Shown here: piece by piece, positions 1 to 10,608 of the stretch
Layout: the number at the start of each line of letters is the position of its first letter
How positions within the stretch are numbered: the first letter of the stretch is position 1
Assembly: GCA_965221335.1 (NCBI GenBank)
Contig: CBDCSC010000004.1
Location: forward strand, 400,152-464,151
Length of the DNA stretch: 64,000 nt
Source of the DNA: Gammaproteobacteria bacterium
GTDB taxonomy: Bacteria > Pseudomonadota > Gammaproteobacteria > Eutrophobiales > Eutrophobiaceae
Reading direction: 5' to 3'
The notes under the pieces: generated by a model
What the model was told of the DNA's origin: nothing
Database searches by the model: none
What the model saw: the letters and a program-made list of their open reading frames with translations, nothing else
Program-made: the position numbers and the translations under genes

Positions 1-665
1 TTGTCTATGCTGTCAACGTGATTTCCCGTCGCCTGGTTAAACGTATAGCCATCGCGGGTCTTGCTGGAAAAGGCAATAGAACCGTAGACGCCGCTGTCTT
101 CCATTAACGGACCGCTGATGACCCCTTTTACGTCGATCAGATCAAAGCGGCCCGAACCTGCCTCGAGAACAATCCGGGTCTCCTCGGTAGGTTTTTTAGT
201 GACCACGTTTATCAGTCCGCCCACTACATTACGCCCAAACAATGTCCCCTGCGGTCCACGCAGAACTTCAATGCGCTCCACATCGAACAAGGCCAGGTCC
301 CAATCCGTTACACGCCCTTTGTAAACATCATCAACAAACATGGCTACCGGCTGATCAAGTCCCGGCCCATCTTCACCGGACTGTGCGCCGCGCAGCGTCG
401 GCAATGCCTGTACTCGCGTAAATGGCGCAAGATGTAAATTAGGAATATGGCCGACCAGATCGGTCGTACCATCGATCCTCGCTTCGTTGATATAGGTCTC
501 GCTGAATGCCGTCACAGCCACAGGCACATCCTGCAATGACTGTTCGCGCTTTTCTGCGGTCACAATTATTTCTTCAATTTGTATTTGTCCATATACGGCC
601 TGAAGATGAAATACTGCAAACAAAATCCACATGAGGTTACCGGTAATACTATGCTTAAGTTTCAT
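1..665 (-). CDS. TonB-dependent receptor, N-terminal part (gene continues beyond window start)
   Basis: Reverse-strand translation from the ATG complement at 663-665 gives a signal peptide then the plug motif IEEIIVTAEKREQSLQDVP...RGPQGTLFG. A GAGGAGAG Shine-Dalgarno lies just upstream. Not in the ORF track because the ORF is open at the window edge. Confidence 0.75.
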   Translation of the reverse strand, partial: MKLKHSITGNLMWILFAVFHLQAVYGQIQIEEIIVTAEKREQSLQDVPVAVTAFSETYINEARIDGTTDLVGHIPNLHLAPFTRVQALPTLRGAQSGEDGPGLDQPVAMFVDDVYKGRVTDWDLALFDVERIEVLRGPQGTLFGRNVVGGLINVVTKKPTEETRIVLEAGSGRFDLIDVKGVISGPLMEDSGVYGSIAFSSKTRDGYTFNQATGNHVDSID

Positions 666-724
666 TTCTCTCTCCTCGTTATGTACCAACATTTTTACTG
701 ATAATTCGACTTTTCTGTTGCCAT

Positions 725-1855
725 TCATATATCGTCATGAATGTGTTCAATTCTTTGGAACGCTTCCTCGATGCCAAAGCATTCCGGCCCGAAAACGTCC
801 AACGCCTTTTGGGATCGCATGATGGGCGCAGCGCTGGCGCCTATAACTTTTACCCGCTGCCCAAATTTCAGTGTTTCAACGGTAATGGGTTGCGCGGTCT
901 CCCGATCTACGATACTGATCAGGTCAGGAACAATAGCCAGCGTTTGGCCGTTGCGTTTTGCCAGCAAATTTTCATTTTGAAATTGGATATGCACACGATC
1001 ATTCGCATCATCCATATCGCTTATCTCACAATGCCCCATTGCAAAGCCTTTGGTGATTTCCCTTCTGATATCCGTGATTTTTCCATCGAACAAAACCTTA
1101 CTGTGTTTGTAGTAATCGGTACTGCGCAGGTAAGCCAGCAAAGATTCGATTGGATTGCCGCTATCTTGACCTGAATGGATTGCCCTGCCGATATTCAGGG
1201 CCAGCGTCAAGGTTCCTCTGACGCTATAGGCTTTCACCTGCTTACCCGTCATTGGATATCCACTGAATAAGACGCTTAATCCCATTTGAATGGCCGCCAC
1301 CCGGATGATGTCCTCAGCACGTTTGGGATCAGAGGTTTCCACCATTACAGTTTCCAGATGTTCGTTGACAATGACAGCCGGCGTCGCCGAGACACCGTGC
1401 ACATTAAAGGTCACCATTTGGATTTCCGGAAAGGCCCGGCCCATACCATCACAGTCCACCAGGGGTAAACCGAGACGCGCTGCGGCAACTATGGGCAACA
1501 TGGAATTGATACCGCCGATCTCTATTGGAGAAATAGCATCAGCTTTTTTGCCGATGATCTCGGCAAGCCGCCTGATAGAGAGATCGATATCCTCACCGGC
1601 GGTTCCTTTTTCCAGCATAACGGTGGGCGCACCCACCATGGCTGCGGTAAAGACAGCGGCATCATCGTCCAGTTCGTCGGCATCAATGATTTCCGGCATA
1701 CCGAATTCCCGTATCGCATGCTCAGCCATCAATCTGCCGATATAGGGATCGCCACCACCCCCAGTACCCAGAAAGGCTGCACCCTGAGCAAGGTCTTTTA
1801 TATCTTCTACGCCAAGAGATAATGGGTCGGCATTTTTCATTTGTACATTCAGCAT
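725..1855 (-). CDS. DUF917-family protein (hydantoinase-associated)
   Basis: 376-aa ORF with GTGGGGDPYIG and GGINS motifs typical of DUF917. Its start overlaps the stop of the upstream hydantoinase-like gene by 7 nt, consistent with translational coupling. Confidence 0.7.
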   Translation of the reverse strand: MLNVQMKNADPLSLGVEDIKDLAQGAAFLGTGGGGDPYIGRLMAEHAIREFGMPEIIDADELDDDAAVFTAAMVGAPTVMLEKGTAGEDIDLSIRRLAEIIGKKADAISPIEIGGINSMLPIVAAARLGLPLVDCDGMGRAFPEIQMVTFNVHGVSATPAVIVNEHLETVMVETSDPKRAEDIIRVAAIQMGLSVLFSGYPMTGKQVKAYSVRGTLTLALNIGRAIHSGQDSGNPIESLLAYLRSTDYYKHSKVLFDGKITDIRREITKGFAMGHCEISDMDDANDRVHIQFQNENLLAKRNGQTLAIVPDLISIVDRETAQPITVETLKFGQRVKVIGASAAPIMRSQKALDVFGPECFGIEEAFQRIEHIHDDI

Positions 1856-3414
1856 ACGGCCAACTCTCCGGCTGATTTAACGCGCAAGCGTACCGCGTTG
1901 CCTGGAATATAAGATAAAGGCACCTCTTCAAAGTCGATCATCTCTACCTTATCTTCCAGAGCGCCGGCCTCAACCGCAGCCAATACCGCCTGCTGCTTTG
2001 CATCGGCAATTGCGGCATCGCGGCTCATTTGTTCATAGGAATAAACTTTGTCCACTTCACCGCCTACCTGAGCGATAGAAGCGCCTATGGCATTGGCAAC
2101 GCCGGCATGTTCAGGAATAATCACTTCAGAGGTTCCTGCGATATCGCGATTGACCAGGATGGCGCCACCACCCACCAGGATCAGCGGTAACGGCTTCGCG
2201 CTGGTCTTGATTCGGTCCACACCATCTTCAAGTATGGAATGGATCTTCGTCACGGCCGCGTCAATCAGGGTCTCCGGCAAATTATTCACGTAATCCCGCT
2301 TGCCGATATCCGCATACCCGGCCGCAACGGCGATATCGGTAGTTGTGAGCGTATTGCCACCGAATACCCGAGCCACTTTGGTGAGCCGATAACCGACGGA
2401 ACGCGGCCCGACACTCATGGGTTCACCTTCTGTTACCAGGCTGCCGCCGCCAAGGCCGATGGCCAGAATGTCAGGCATGCGAAAATTCGTCCGCACACCA
2501 CCGACATCAACAGTCACGGAGGATTCTCGCGGGAAACCCTTGACCAGCATCCCGATGTCTGTCGTCGTGCCACCGATGTCTGCTACCAGGGCATGTTTCA
2601 TCCCGGATAAATAAGCGGCGCCGCGCAAACTGTTGGTAGGGCCGGAAGCAAAGGTAAGCACCGGGTATTTCTCAGCAAACCCGGCGCTCATCAATGTGCC
2701 GTCATTCTGGCTAATATAGAACGGTGCCCGGATTTGTAATTCCGCCAATGCTGTTCTAAAAGAAGAAATTACCTTTGTGGAGAGATCCGTCAGGCTGGCA
2801 TTCATGATGGCGGCATTTTCCCGCTCCAATAAACTAATCCGGCCAATGCGAGAAGATAAAGTGATCGATACCTCCGGTATTTCCTCACGCACAATCTCCG
2901 CTGCCCGCTCTTCCATATCGGCATTCACCGGAGAAAACACACCACTGATGGCGACGCTGCGTATACCTTCTCGTCTAAGCTCTCGCGCGGCTGAGGCAAC
3001 AGCCTGTTCATCGAGCGGAGAAATTGGTCGGCCATCGAATTCATAACCACCCTTGACCAGATAACGATGATTGCCGATGGTACCGGCTAAATCGGCCGGC
3101 CAATCTATCATTGGGGGCAAACCACGGGTCGCGGGTAAGGCGAGGCGTATCACACCAACAGGCAACAGGCTACGCCGCTCGACAAAGGCATTGGTAAACT
3201 GGGTCGTGCCGATCATAACGGTGGTGATTTCTCCGGCCGGAATGCCGGCGCCTTCCATCACATGACTGATTGCGCTCACAATTCCACCGCTGATGTCGGC
3301 GCTGGTAGGGGCTTTATAACTCGCTTTTACCACGCGATCATCCATCAACACCGCATCGGTATTGGTTCCCCCTACATCAACGCCAATTCTCACTGTCAAT
3401 TGCCCCCACAACAA
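1849..3414 (-). CDS. hydantoinase/oxoprolinase (HyuA-like) family protein
   Basis: 521-aa ORF. N-terminal IGVDVGGTNTD and a later ADIGGTTTD give the ASKHA-fold acetate/sugar kinase-like glycine-rich signatures of hydantoinase A-type proteins. First gene of a two-gene operon with the DUF917 gene. Confidence 0.75.
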   Translation of the reverse strand: MLWGQLTVRIGVDVGGTNTDAVLMDDRVVKASYKAPTSADISGGIVSAISHVMEGAGIPAGEITTVMIGTTQFTNAFVERRSLLPVGVIRLALPATRGLPPMIDWPADLAGTIGNHRYLVKGGYEFDGRPISPLDEQAVASAARELRREGIRSVAISGVFSPVNADMEERAAEIVREEIPEVSITLSSRIGRISLLERENAAIMNASLTDLSTKVISSFRTALAELQIRAPFYISQNDGTLMSAGFAEKYPVLTFASGPTNSLRGAAYLSGMKHALVADIGGTTTDIGMLVKGFPRESSVTVDVGGVRTNFRMPDILAIGLGGGSLVTEGEPMSVGPRSVGYRLTKVARVFGGNTLTTTDIAVAAGYADIGKRDYVNNLPETLIDAAVTKIHSILEDGVDRIKTSAKPLPLILVGGGAILVNRDIAGTSEVIIPEHAGVANAIGASIAQVGGEVDKVYSYEQMSRDAAIADAKQQAVLAAVEAGALEDKVEMIDFEEVPLSYIPGNAVRLRVKSAGELAVC

Positions 3415-3516
3415 TAATAATTTCCATTACCGCTATACTAGTCATAACTCGTTCTTAATCAATGAGATAGATGTGTGGTTTCGATATTTTTTTCAGTAGT
3501 GCAAAAAATTACAAAT

Positions 3517-3545
3517 GGGTAGGTAATTTGCATAAACGGGTAGGT
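3517..3545. promoter_or_regulatory. direct repeat GGGTAGGT x2 (21-bp spacing) in the AT-rich divergent promoter region
   Basis: GGGTAGGT at 3517-3524 and 3538-3545, two helical turns apart, between the divergent hydantoinase operon and the LAL regulator gene. Candidate LAL/MalT-type box. Confidence 0.25.
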
Positions 3546-3618
3546 TAAACTACAATATTGAATGAGCTAACAAGAGCGTTGTATCCAACTTATTTTTGTA
3601 ACAAACGGCAAGCTAGCA

Positions 3619-6366
3619 GTGAGATTCCAGGACAACTACCGGATTGCAAACAACAGAGGTCGCTTGCTCCTGAACAGGATGCAGCCACTTCGCCGCAAGG
3701 CTGCATCAATACAACGGTTGAGTTTACTTAAACGACTCGAACTGCAGAAAGACACTCACCTCAGCATTATCCATGCTCCGGCGGGTTACGGAAAAACTGC
3801 CCTGCTTGCACAATACTTTGAGCTACTGCAGACACAGAACCAGCATTGTGGTTGGCTTACCTTGGACAGCAGCGACAATGATCCGGTGCAATTACTGGCA
3901 TATCTTATTGCCTCGCTGCACGCAACGGCACTTATCCCCAAAGATATATTGCATGCAGCATTCAATGGTTTTCACGGACTTGAGGAAAACGAAACCTTTA
4001 ATCTTATCGTCAATAGCCTTTCAGGGTTCCAGACACCCGTTTATATTTTACTTGATGACTACCACCTTCTCGAGGCTGGTCCCAGCCAACAACGGATACA
4101 GAAATTAATTGAATTAACGCTCGAAAATACGCATTTCATTATAGCCAGCAGGGAAGTTCCTACCGCTTTAAAAGGGCGCTTGCAGATATCCGGTTCATAT
4201 TTTGAATTAACGGCCGGCGACCTGGCATTAACAGAATTAGAAACAATCGAGTTGCTGGGATTATCCGAACAACTAAACATCACTGATGAACTAATCAGTT
4301 TGTTACACGAAAAAACAGAAGGCTGGGCCGCTGCGATTGAGTTCGCCAGGAACTGGTTAAACAAGAATACCGAAATAGATGTTAACAGCTTTATTAATCA
4401 ATCAACGGATTTCTCGACTTTTGTCATGACCGAGATTTTCAATCAACTTCCGGTAGATTTACAACGTGTGATGGTAGATACATCCATAGTCAGCCAGATT
4501 GATGGAGATATCATTAATGTTGTTTGTGCACGAAACGATGGCTGGCAAGTAGTGGAGAAACTTTTTCAGTACGACCTGATCATTCCCCTTGATGGCGCAA
4601 GCGCCCCATACCGATATCATCATTTGCTGACTGTATTTCTTCAAAACCGGTTTCGTAACAAGAATGATAATGATCAAAGTGAATTGCACAAACTCACATC
4701 GGAATGGTACCTGAGGACTGATAACCATGCTGAGTCAATAAGACATGCCATTGCCTGTAATGATCCGGAACATCTTGCATCAGTAACCGAACGGTCCGGT
4801 GGTTGGCGCTTCGTTTTGGATGGAAGGATTTCAACCTTGAAATCCATACTTGACCTTCTGCCACTGGAAACAATTCAAAACTTTCCCAGAACCTACTTGG
4901 GCTATATCATGCTGGTTGCGAAACATGGAAACGTTCACGAAGCGTCAGTTGAGTTTACTGAGTTCCGCGATAGAACACAGGGTTTTACTGTCTTGAATGG
5001 AACCCCCTTGCCTTCTTTTTTTGCCGTTGAAGCCAATGTGGTTGAATTCTTCCTTGGTGGAATAGGAGACAGACCGCAAACTCAGCAGTATATCGCCAGA
5101 ATGGAATCTGCTCTTAAAGGGATTGACAAAAAAGACCATCTTCTACAAGCCAACTTATTGAACTACCTCAGCTATGGTTACTTCGATTATGGGAGTTTTG
5201 AGAAAGCATTTAATGCCGGTGAAGGCGCAATTTTTCACTATAAGGAATTACGTTCGATTTATGGTGAAAACTTTCTCTATTTCCACTTGGGGAAAATATG
5301 TCTTGCCCAGGGTCGTCTGCGTGATGCGGAACAGATTTACGATGAAGGGTATAAGCTGGCTGTCAATAATTTCGGGATTGACAGCGACATGGCTGCTATT
5401 GCCGCTGCGCATCTGGCAGAAATTGCATACGAAAAAAGTGAGTTTGAGCAGGCACAAACCTACCTGAGCGTTGCCTTCCCAAGAATTGAGCAATCAGAAG
5501 CCTGGTTCGACGTATATATTTCTGCCTATTTAACGGCCGCGAATATCGCCCGTATCCGGAAAGGTGCAGGCGCCGCAATGAAAGTTTTGATTGATGGCTT
5601 CCGCACCGGCAAGCGTCGCAAGATTCACCGGCTACGCGTATTCACGATTTGTCAGCAGACTCGTATTTTTGTCCGCGAAGGCCGCTTGCAAAGGGCGGGC
5701 TGGCTTATTAATCGTTTACAATTTGAATCATTGATAAATCCAACCACCGGGAATAATTTCGTCAGTCATCGAATTGTTGAAGAAATTGGTTTGACTGCTG
5801 CCTATTACTATATGCAAAGTGAACGCCCGCTTGATGCAATCAAGGTAATCAATTCCTTGCTCACAACAGCGAAACGTAATAACTGTCGCCGAAGTTTAAT
5901 TTCATTGTTTATCCTGCTGAGTCTGGCTTATTTCAAACTTGGAAAACTAAAGCCGGCGCTGGCCAGGTTGAATGATGCAGTATCGCATGCGGTGTTTGAG
6001 GGATTCAAAAGACCATTCCTGGTCTACGGTGAAGACCAGCGCATCATGCTGGAGTTGGCGCTTTCCGACAATCAGTTGTTTCCTGATAACCGATTAAAGC
6101 GATCCTTCCTGGTCGAACTATTAAATATGATCGACCAGGAAACCCGATACCGTGAACGTCATTCACCAGGCGTGTTAACTTTCAGAGAAAGAGAGATTGT
6201 GAAATATATTTACGATGGCTATTCGAATAAGGAGATAGCTCGAAGTCGAAATTGTTCAGAGAATACCGTGAAATTTCACTTGAAAAACATTTTTTTGAAG
6301 TTTGGTGTAAAAAACAGAAAAGCGCTGGCGCGATTGGCTTGGGAGCACATTGAAGGGCAAAATTAA
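3619..6366 (+). CDS. LuxR-family large ATP-binding regulator (LAL/MalT-like)
   Basis: 915 aa. Walker A HAPAGYGKTAL, Walker B ILLDDYH, a long helical/TPR-like middle, and a C-terminal LuxR HTH (REREIVKYIYDGYSNKEIA...TVKFHLKNIF). Start annotated at a GTG with no clear RBS; an in-frame ATG at 3679 is an alternative. Clearly more AT-rich than the flanking genes. Confidence 0.8.
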   Translation: MRFQDNYRIANNRGRLLLNRMQPLRRKAASIQRLSLLKRLELQKDTHLSIIHAPAGYGKTALLAQYFELLQTQNQHCGWLTLDSSDNDPVQLLAYLIASLHATALIPKDILHAAFNGFHGLEENETFNLIVNSLSGFQTPVYILLDDYHLLEAGPSQQRIQKLIELTLENTHFIIASREVPTALKGRLQISGSYFELTAGDLALTELETIELLGLSEQLNITDELISLLHEKTEGWAAAIEFARNWLNKNTEIDVNSFINQSTDFSTFVMTEIFNQLPVDLQRVMVDTSIVSQIDGDIINVVCARNDGWQVVEKLFQYDLIIPLDGASAPYRYHHLLTVFLQNRFRNKNDNDQSELHKLTSEWYLRTDNHAESIRHAIACNDPEHLASVTERSGGWRFVLDGRISTLKSILDLLPLETIQNFPRTYLGYIMLVAKHGNVHEASVEFTEFRDRTQGFTVLNGTPLPSFFAVEANVVEFFLGGIGDRPQTQQYIARMESALKGIDKKDHLLQANLLNYLSYGYFDYGSFEKAFNAGEGAIFHYKELRSIYGENFLYFHLGKICLAQGRLRDAEQIYDEGYKLAVNNFGIDSDMAAIAAAHLAEIAYEKSEFEQAQTYLSVAFPRIEQSEAWFDVYISAYLTAANIARIRKGAGAAMKVLIDGFRTGKRRKIHRLRVFTICQQTRIFVREGRLQRAGWLINRLQFESLINPTTGNNFVSHRIVEEIGLTAAYYYMQSERPLDAIKVINSLLTTAKRNNCRRSLISLFILLSLAYFKLGKLKPALARLNDAVSHAVFEGFKRPFLVYGEDQRIMLELALSDNQLFPDNRLKRSFLVELLNMIDQETRYRERHSPGVLTFREREIVKYIYDGYSNKEIARSRNCSENTVKFHLKNIFLKFGVKNRKALARLAWEHIEGQN

Positions 6367-7187
6367 TTCCGTCTCTCATAAGTCCGGTAACAACTGTTGC
6401 AAAAATCAAGCGCCTTGCTGTTGAAATCCTCCGCAAACTCGTGGAAGGAGAGATGCGCCGGCATGTAGTAGGTTGTTGCATTCGGTTGATTTTCGCTGAT
6501 CCACTGCCCGGCAGCCGTTCTCCAGTCTTCGCGCACTACCTGCATTATCGGTATCTCTTTGTCGGTGCGGCGGGCAACCTTGCGGTAGTCCAGGTTAAAG
6601 CTGGTCCTGATCAGGTCGCAGGCGACAGCTTCCGGTGTCCTGGCGGCTGCATGCAGCATGTCCCGGACAAAGTCCGGGTCGGGCTTCTCTACGTAGCAAT
6701 GGTAGAGGTAATCCTCAAAGAATTTCAAATGACCCATTTCGGTCAGCATCTCCAGGCTGGCCGTGAGTTCATCCGCTTCTCCTTCCCCCCAATCCGCGGC
6801 GCTGTCCTTCCTGATCTTCGGCGGCTCGTCAATGCTGATAAACCCGCGCACACCGGCAGTGCCGAACTGTTCAAAATATGAATACGCGGTGCAGACGCCG
6901 AAGGACCAGCCGGCTATCACACAATCGTCGAGTTCAAGGCGGTTGATGAATTCATGCAGGTCGGCGCCGTGCTGCCTGAAATCGTTACCCGTGGCGGTTA
7001 CGCCGGAATCGCCGTGGCTGCGTTGATCGTAAGCCAGCGCTCGATACCGCCCGGCGAAGGCCGGCAGGTTCCTGGTGAAGACCTTTGTCGTATAGGTCCA
7101 GCCCGGTATGAAAATGACCGGTTTGCCGGCGCCGTGTTCTACATAAGCGAGCGTTAATTCATCGGATATATCCAAGCGCTTTTTCAT
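6363..7187 (-). CDS. alpha/beta-fold hydrolase
   Basis: 274 aa with the GWSFG nucleophile elbow (GXSXG) and an N-terminal HGAGKPVIFIPGW oxyanion region. Overlaps the upstream receptor gene by 1 nt, suggesting an operon. Confidence 0.75.
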   Translation of the reverse strand: MKKRLDISDELTLAYVEHGAGKPVIFIPGWTYTTKVFTRNLPAFAGRYRALAYDQRSHGDSGVTATGNDFRQHGADLHEFINRLELDDCVIAGWSFGVCTAYSYFEQFGTAGVRGFISIDEPPKIRKDSAADWGEGEADELTASLEMLTEMGHLKFFEDYLYHCYVEKPDPDFVRDMLHAAARTPEAVACDLIRTSFNLDYRKVARRTDKEIPIMQVVREDWRTAAGQWISENQPNATTYYMPAHLSFHEFAEDFNSKALDFCNSCYRTYERRN

Positions 7188-9505
7188 TAGAAGTCCTTAC
7201 GGACTTCAAGACCGAAGCTGCGCGGACGGTTGGTCATTATGCGCGGGCGTCCGGGCTTCTCCGCGGCGATGGAACGGTTATCCGACAGGTTGGCATGTTC
7301 GTTGGTCGCGTTTTTGACAAACAGGGCGATATCCCAACTGCCGGCCTGGAAAGCGCCGATACGGATATTGAGCAACTCGAAGGAATCTCTCACCCGCGGC
7401 GGCAATGTGCCGCTGTTATTTCCACTCAGGCTGTCGCCGTAATGGGAAAAATCACCGCGCACATAGCCTTCCCACGTGGAAAACAGCGGGAAACTGTATT
7501 CGGCGGCCGCATTGAAAGTAACTTCCGGAACCTGGGTCACGCGATCGCCGGCGGCAGTGCCTGCCAGCGGATTGCCTGAAGTCAGTTTGGCATCGGTATA
7601 GCCAAACCCTAAGGACAGGTTCAACCCCTCCATCGGAACGGCTTGCAGTTCAACTTCAACCCCCTTGTTGTCCGCTTCGCCGGAATTGGCCACGTATTGG
7701 AAACCGCAGGCCAGCCGGTTCGTTTGCAGGATATCGCTCCAGTTGATGTTGAAGGCCGCGACATTCAGGTTAACCCGGTCATCAAACCAGGATGACTTCA
7801 TGCCAAGCTCGAAATTCCACAGCGAGTCTGAATCGAAGTCTCTTACGTCGGCGCTGGTGATACCCAGGCTCGCTATTTCATTGGCGCAAAGCAGTTCCGG
7901 CACAGACAGGTTCACGCCACCGACGCGAAAACCCTTGGATGCGGAGCCGTAAACCATCATGTCTTCGGATACATCAAGCTCCACCAGGACCTTGGGAACC
8001 ACCTCGGAACTGCTCTGCTTGGTCCTCGGCAGCACAACCGGGCCGCTATTGACAAACCCGCCCCTGTCAGAATCGAAATCGATGGTCGTGTCGGACCAGC
8101 GCGCGCCGGCGGTCAACCTGAGGTTCTCGGTCAGCCTCAGCGTCAACTCCCCGAATACCGCGATCTCTTCCGTATCCTGGTCATCGTAGGTATAAAATAC
8201 CAGGTCGGAACCGAGCAGGCCGGGAGGTACCGGCACCGGAAACCCGGGGACAATGCCTGTCAGCACTGCGTTCAGCGCACCGGTAAACTGTTCATTGACG
8301 CCGGGCGCGAAAGAAGGCGGATACTCAAGAATATGCTCCCGGTTCTCATAGAATACACCCAGGGTCAGCGCCACATTGTCAAACGGCAAGTCGCCGAAAT
8401 CGGTGATCAAACGGGTTTCATGCACAAACGAGCTGTCCTCTTCCGTTTCGGAGATTTGACTCGGGATGTGCGGCTCAGGCACGCCGTTGGCCGCAAACAC
8501 CAAGCCATCCAGGGTGCCGGTCTGGTCCTCGTACTCCTCGACATCGCGGTCATACTTTGCCGTGGTGGATACGATTTCACCGAAGCCGGTGTCGATATTG
8601 ACTGTCACGCTGCCCAGCCACCATTCTTCATCGCCGGGTTCTTCGATGTTGTTATGCCGGGGCACGTTAAAATTGCCGGGCTTGATATCGGCCAGCGGCA
8701 GGTTATCCGATTTTGTGCGCTGATACATGAAGCGGGGCCTGATGCTGATGTTGTCGGACGCATTCCAGAGAAACGAGATAGCGCCGCCATAAAACTCATC
8801 GTCATCGACATTGGTCGCGGTATTGAACGCAGGCCGGTTGGAACCGGCAATATGTAACCGATCAAATACCCCGGAATTTTCCGCATAGTAAAACAGCGCG
8901 CGGGCGCCCAATACGCCTTCCACTAGGGGGGCGTTCACGCTGCCGTCCACCCGCCAGTTGAGGCCTCCTTCTTTTATGTCCGATATTGAGGTGCGCAGAT
9001 AACCATCCAACTCGTCCGTATGGGCTTGTTTGGTGATCACACGTACAGTCCCACCCATGGAGCGGGCGCCGTAGAGAGTGCCTTGCGGGCCGCGCAAGAC
9101 CTCAACGCGCGAGATGTCCGAGACCCGCGGGTTCATGTATTCCGGAACCGGTATGTCATCGATATAGAACCCGGTCGCGCCGACCACGCCGCCACCGGCC
9201 ACGCCGCGGATTGCTGGAGAGCCCGCGTTGAAACGGCCATCGGCCTCATTGCTGAAACCCAGGTTGGGAATCTTCACGCCATAGTCGAATATGCCCTCGG
9301 CGCCGATTCGTTGCAGCTCAAACTCGCCCAGGGCCGTGATGGACATGGCCGTATCCTGCAGGCTGGTCTCGCGCTTGGTCGCAGTAACGAGTATCTCTTC
9401 AATCACTTGCGCCGGCGCCGCAGCCACTGCGCACAGCAGATATATAATCACCCAGCATCGTATACGGGCGATGTTTTTTGTTGTATTCATAACAGTCCTC
9501 CACAC
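7187..9505 (-). CDS. TonB-dependent receptor
   Basis: 772 aa with signal peptide, plug motif EEILVTATKRETSLQDTAMS and RGPQGTLYG, a long beta-barrel and a C-terminal aromatic residue (…RKDF). Confidence 0.85.
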   Translation of the reverse strand: MWRTVMNTTKNIARIRCWVIIYLLCAVAAAPAQVIEEILVTATKRETSLQDTAMSITALGEFELQRIGAEGIFDYGVKIPNLGFSNEADGRFNAGSPAIRGVAGGGVVGATGFYIDDIPVPEYMNPRVSDISRVEVLRGPQGTLYGARSMGGTVRVITKQAHTDELDGYLRTSISDIKEGGLNWRVDGSVNAPLVEGVLGARALFYYAENSGVFDRLHIAGSNRPAFNTATNVDDDEFYGGAISFLWNASDNISIRPRFMYQRTKSDNLPLADIKPGNFNVPRHNNIEEPGDEEWWLGSVTVNIDTGFGEIVSTTAKYDRDVEEYEDQTGTLDGLVFAANGVPEPHIPSQISETEEDSSFVHETRLITDFGDLPFDNVALTLGVFYENREHILEYPPSFAPGVNEQFTGALNAVLTGIVPGFPVPVPPGLLGSDLVFYTYDDQDTEEIAVFGELTLRLTENLRLTAGARWSDTTIDFDSDRGGFVNSGPVVLPRTKQSSSEVVPKVLVELDVSEDMMVYGSASKGFRVGGVNLSVPELLCANEIASLGITSADVRDFDSDSLWNFELGMKSSWFDDRVNLNVAAFNINWSDILQTNRLACGFQYVANSGEADNKGVEVELQAVPMEGLNLSLGFGYTDAKLTSGNPLAGTAAGDRVTQVPEVTFNAAAEYSFPLFSTWEGYVRGDFSHYGDSLSGNNSGTLPPRVRDSFELLNIRIGAFQAGSWDIALFVKNATNEHANLSDNRSIAAEKPGRPRIMTNRPRSFGLEVRKDF

Positions 9506-9567
9506 AGAGGTATTTACATAATTTGACAGAACTTATTTTTACTGCTTGAATTAACAGAGTGTTATCC

Positions 9568-9581
9568 TTATTGCGCAATAA
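9568..9581. promoter_or_regulatory. perfect 14-bp palindrome TTATTGCGCAATAA in a divergent promoter region
   Basis: Lies between the receptor/hydrolase operon (- strand) and the araC-type gene (+ strand). Candidate operator. Confidence 0.25.
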
Positions 9582-9615
9582 AGTCGTATTTTTCAAACAA
9601 ATTCGGTGAATTAGC

Positions 9616-10608
9616 GTGATGGAATATCCGATTTGCGCAAAAAAGCCCGCCATCTGGCAGCATCAACATCGGGACATTGATGAACAGGCCGCGCGCCTTA
9701 CCGGTTACGATCAATCCTACCAGCAGATAAGCAAGGGTTCTTTCCGTGGCACGTTTACCACCTGCCACCTGGACCCGGAAATGACCCTGTTTTTTGAATC
9801 GACCAACCAGGTGCTGTACCAGAATGCCGCGGTTCCGCCGAAGTATTACGCCATCGGCCTGTTGATGAACACCGACCGAACGCTGGTGTTGAATTGTGAG
9901 CCTTTCCCGAAAGGTTCGGCGTTTATTCTTCCTCCCGGATCCGAGATGGAGGGCATTTCGTCCCCCGACATGAAAATCTGCATCATCCATATCTCCAGTG
10001 ACCTGTTGCAGCGAACGCTGCAGCGTCAGTACGAGGAACCGGATCTATTCAAGCCGCGCTATATTCCCTACCGCCTCATTAACAACGAAAAGGACACGCG
10101 ACCGCTGTGTGCACTGCTGGAAGATGTTCAGACCGGCGCGGAGCAAGCGGCTCTGTGCCTGGACAGCGCAAACCAGTTGGCGGCGATGAAAAATGCGCTG
10201 GCAGAAACGATATGCTCCGTGTTTATCACAAACAAGCAGCAAAGTCGGGACAGATCCGGCATCACGACAATAACCCGGCGTCACCGGCTGTTTCATGACG
10301 CGCTGGACATTATCAGGGACAACCTGTCCGAGGAGCTGACCGTCGGCAAATTGTGCGAAGAGTTGTCGGCCTCGCGGCGCACACTGGAATATGTGTTCAA
10401 CGAAAATATCAGGATGAGCCCGGCCAAGTATATCAGGGCCTGGCGCCTGAATAATATCAGGCGGGAAATCATCGCGATGGAACCCCGGCCCTTGGGCGAT
10501 ATCGCGGCGAAATGGGGCATCTGGCACCTGGGCCGCTTCGCAAAGGATTACCACCAACTGTTCGGCGAACTGCCCTCTGCGACCAAAGAAAGCGCCGGCG
10601 GGCGGTAA
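9616..10608 (+). CDS. AraC-family transcriptional regulator
   Basis: 330 aa. The C-terminal AraC HTH region is evident (LTVGKLCEELSASRRTLEYVFNE...SPAKYIRAWRLNNIRREI). Confidence 0.8.
   Translation: MMEYPICAKKPAIWQHQHRDIDEQAARLTGYDQSYQQISKGSFRGTFTTCHLDPEMTLFFESTNQVLYQNAAVPPKYYAIGLLMNTDRTLVLNCEPFPKGSAFILPPGSEMEGISSPDMKICIIHISSDLLQRTLQRQYEEPDLFKPRYIPYRLINNEKDTRPLCALLEDVQTGAEQAALCLDSANQLAAMKNALAETICSVFITNKQQSRDRSGITTITRRHRLFHDALDIIRDNLSEELTVGKLCEELSASRRTLEYVFNENIRMSPAKYIRAWRLNNIRREIIAMEPRPLGDIAAKWGIWHLGRFAKDYHQLFGELPSATKESAGGR

Noticed and set aside
3619-6366. The 915-aa STAND-like ATPase as an antiphage NLR/Avs-type defence protein
   Set aside because: It ends in a canonical LuxR-type HTH and carries no nuclease, protease or other effector domain. 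Its Walker A (APAGYGKT) and overall layout match MalT/LAL transcription activators. It sits divergently to a catabolic operon, as LAL regulators do.
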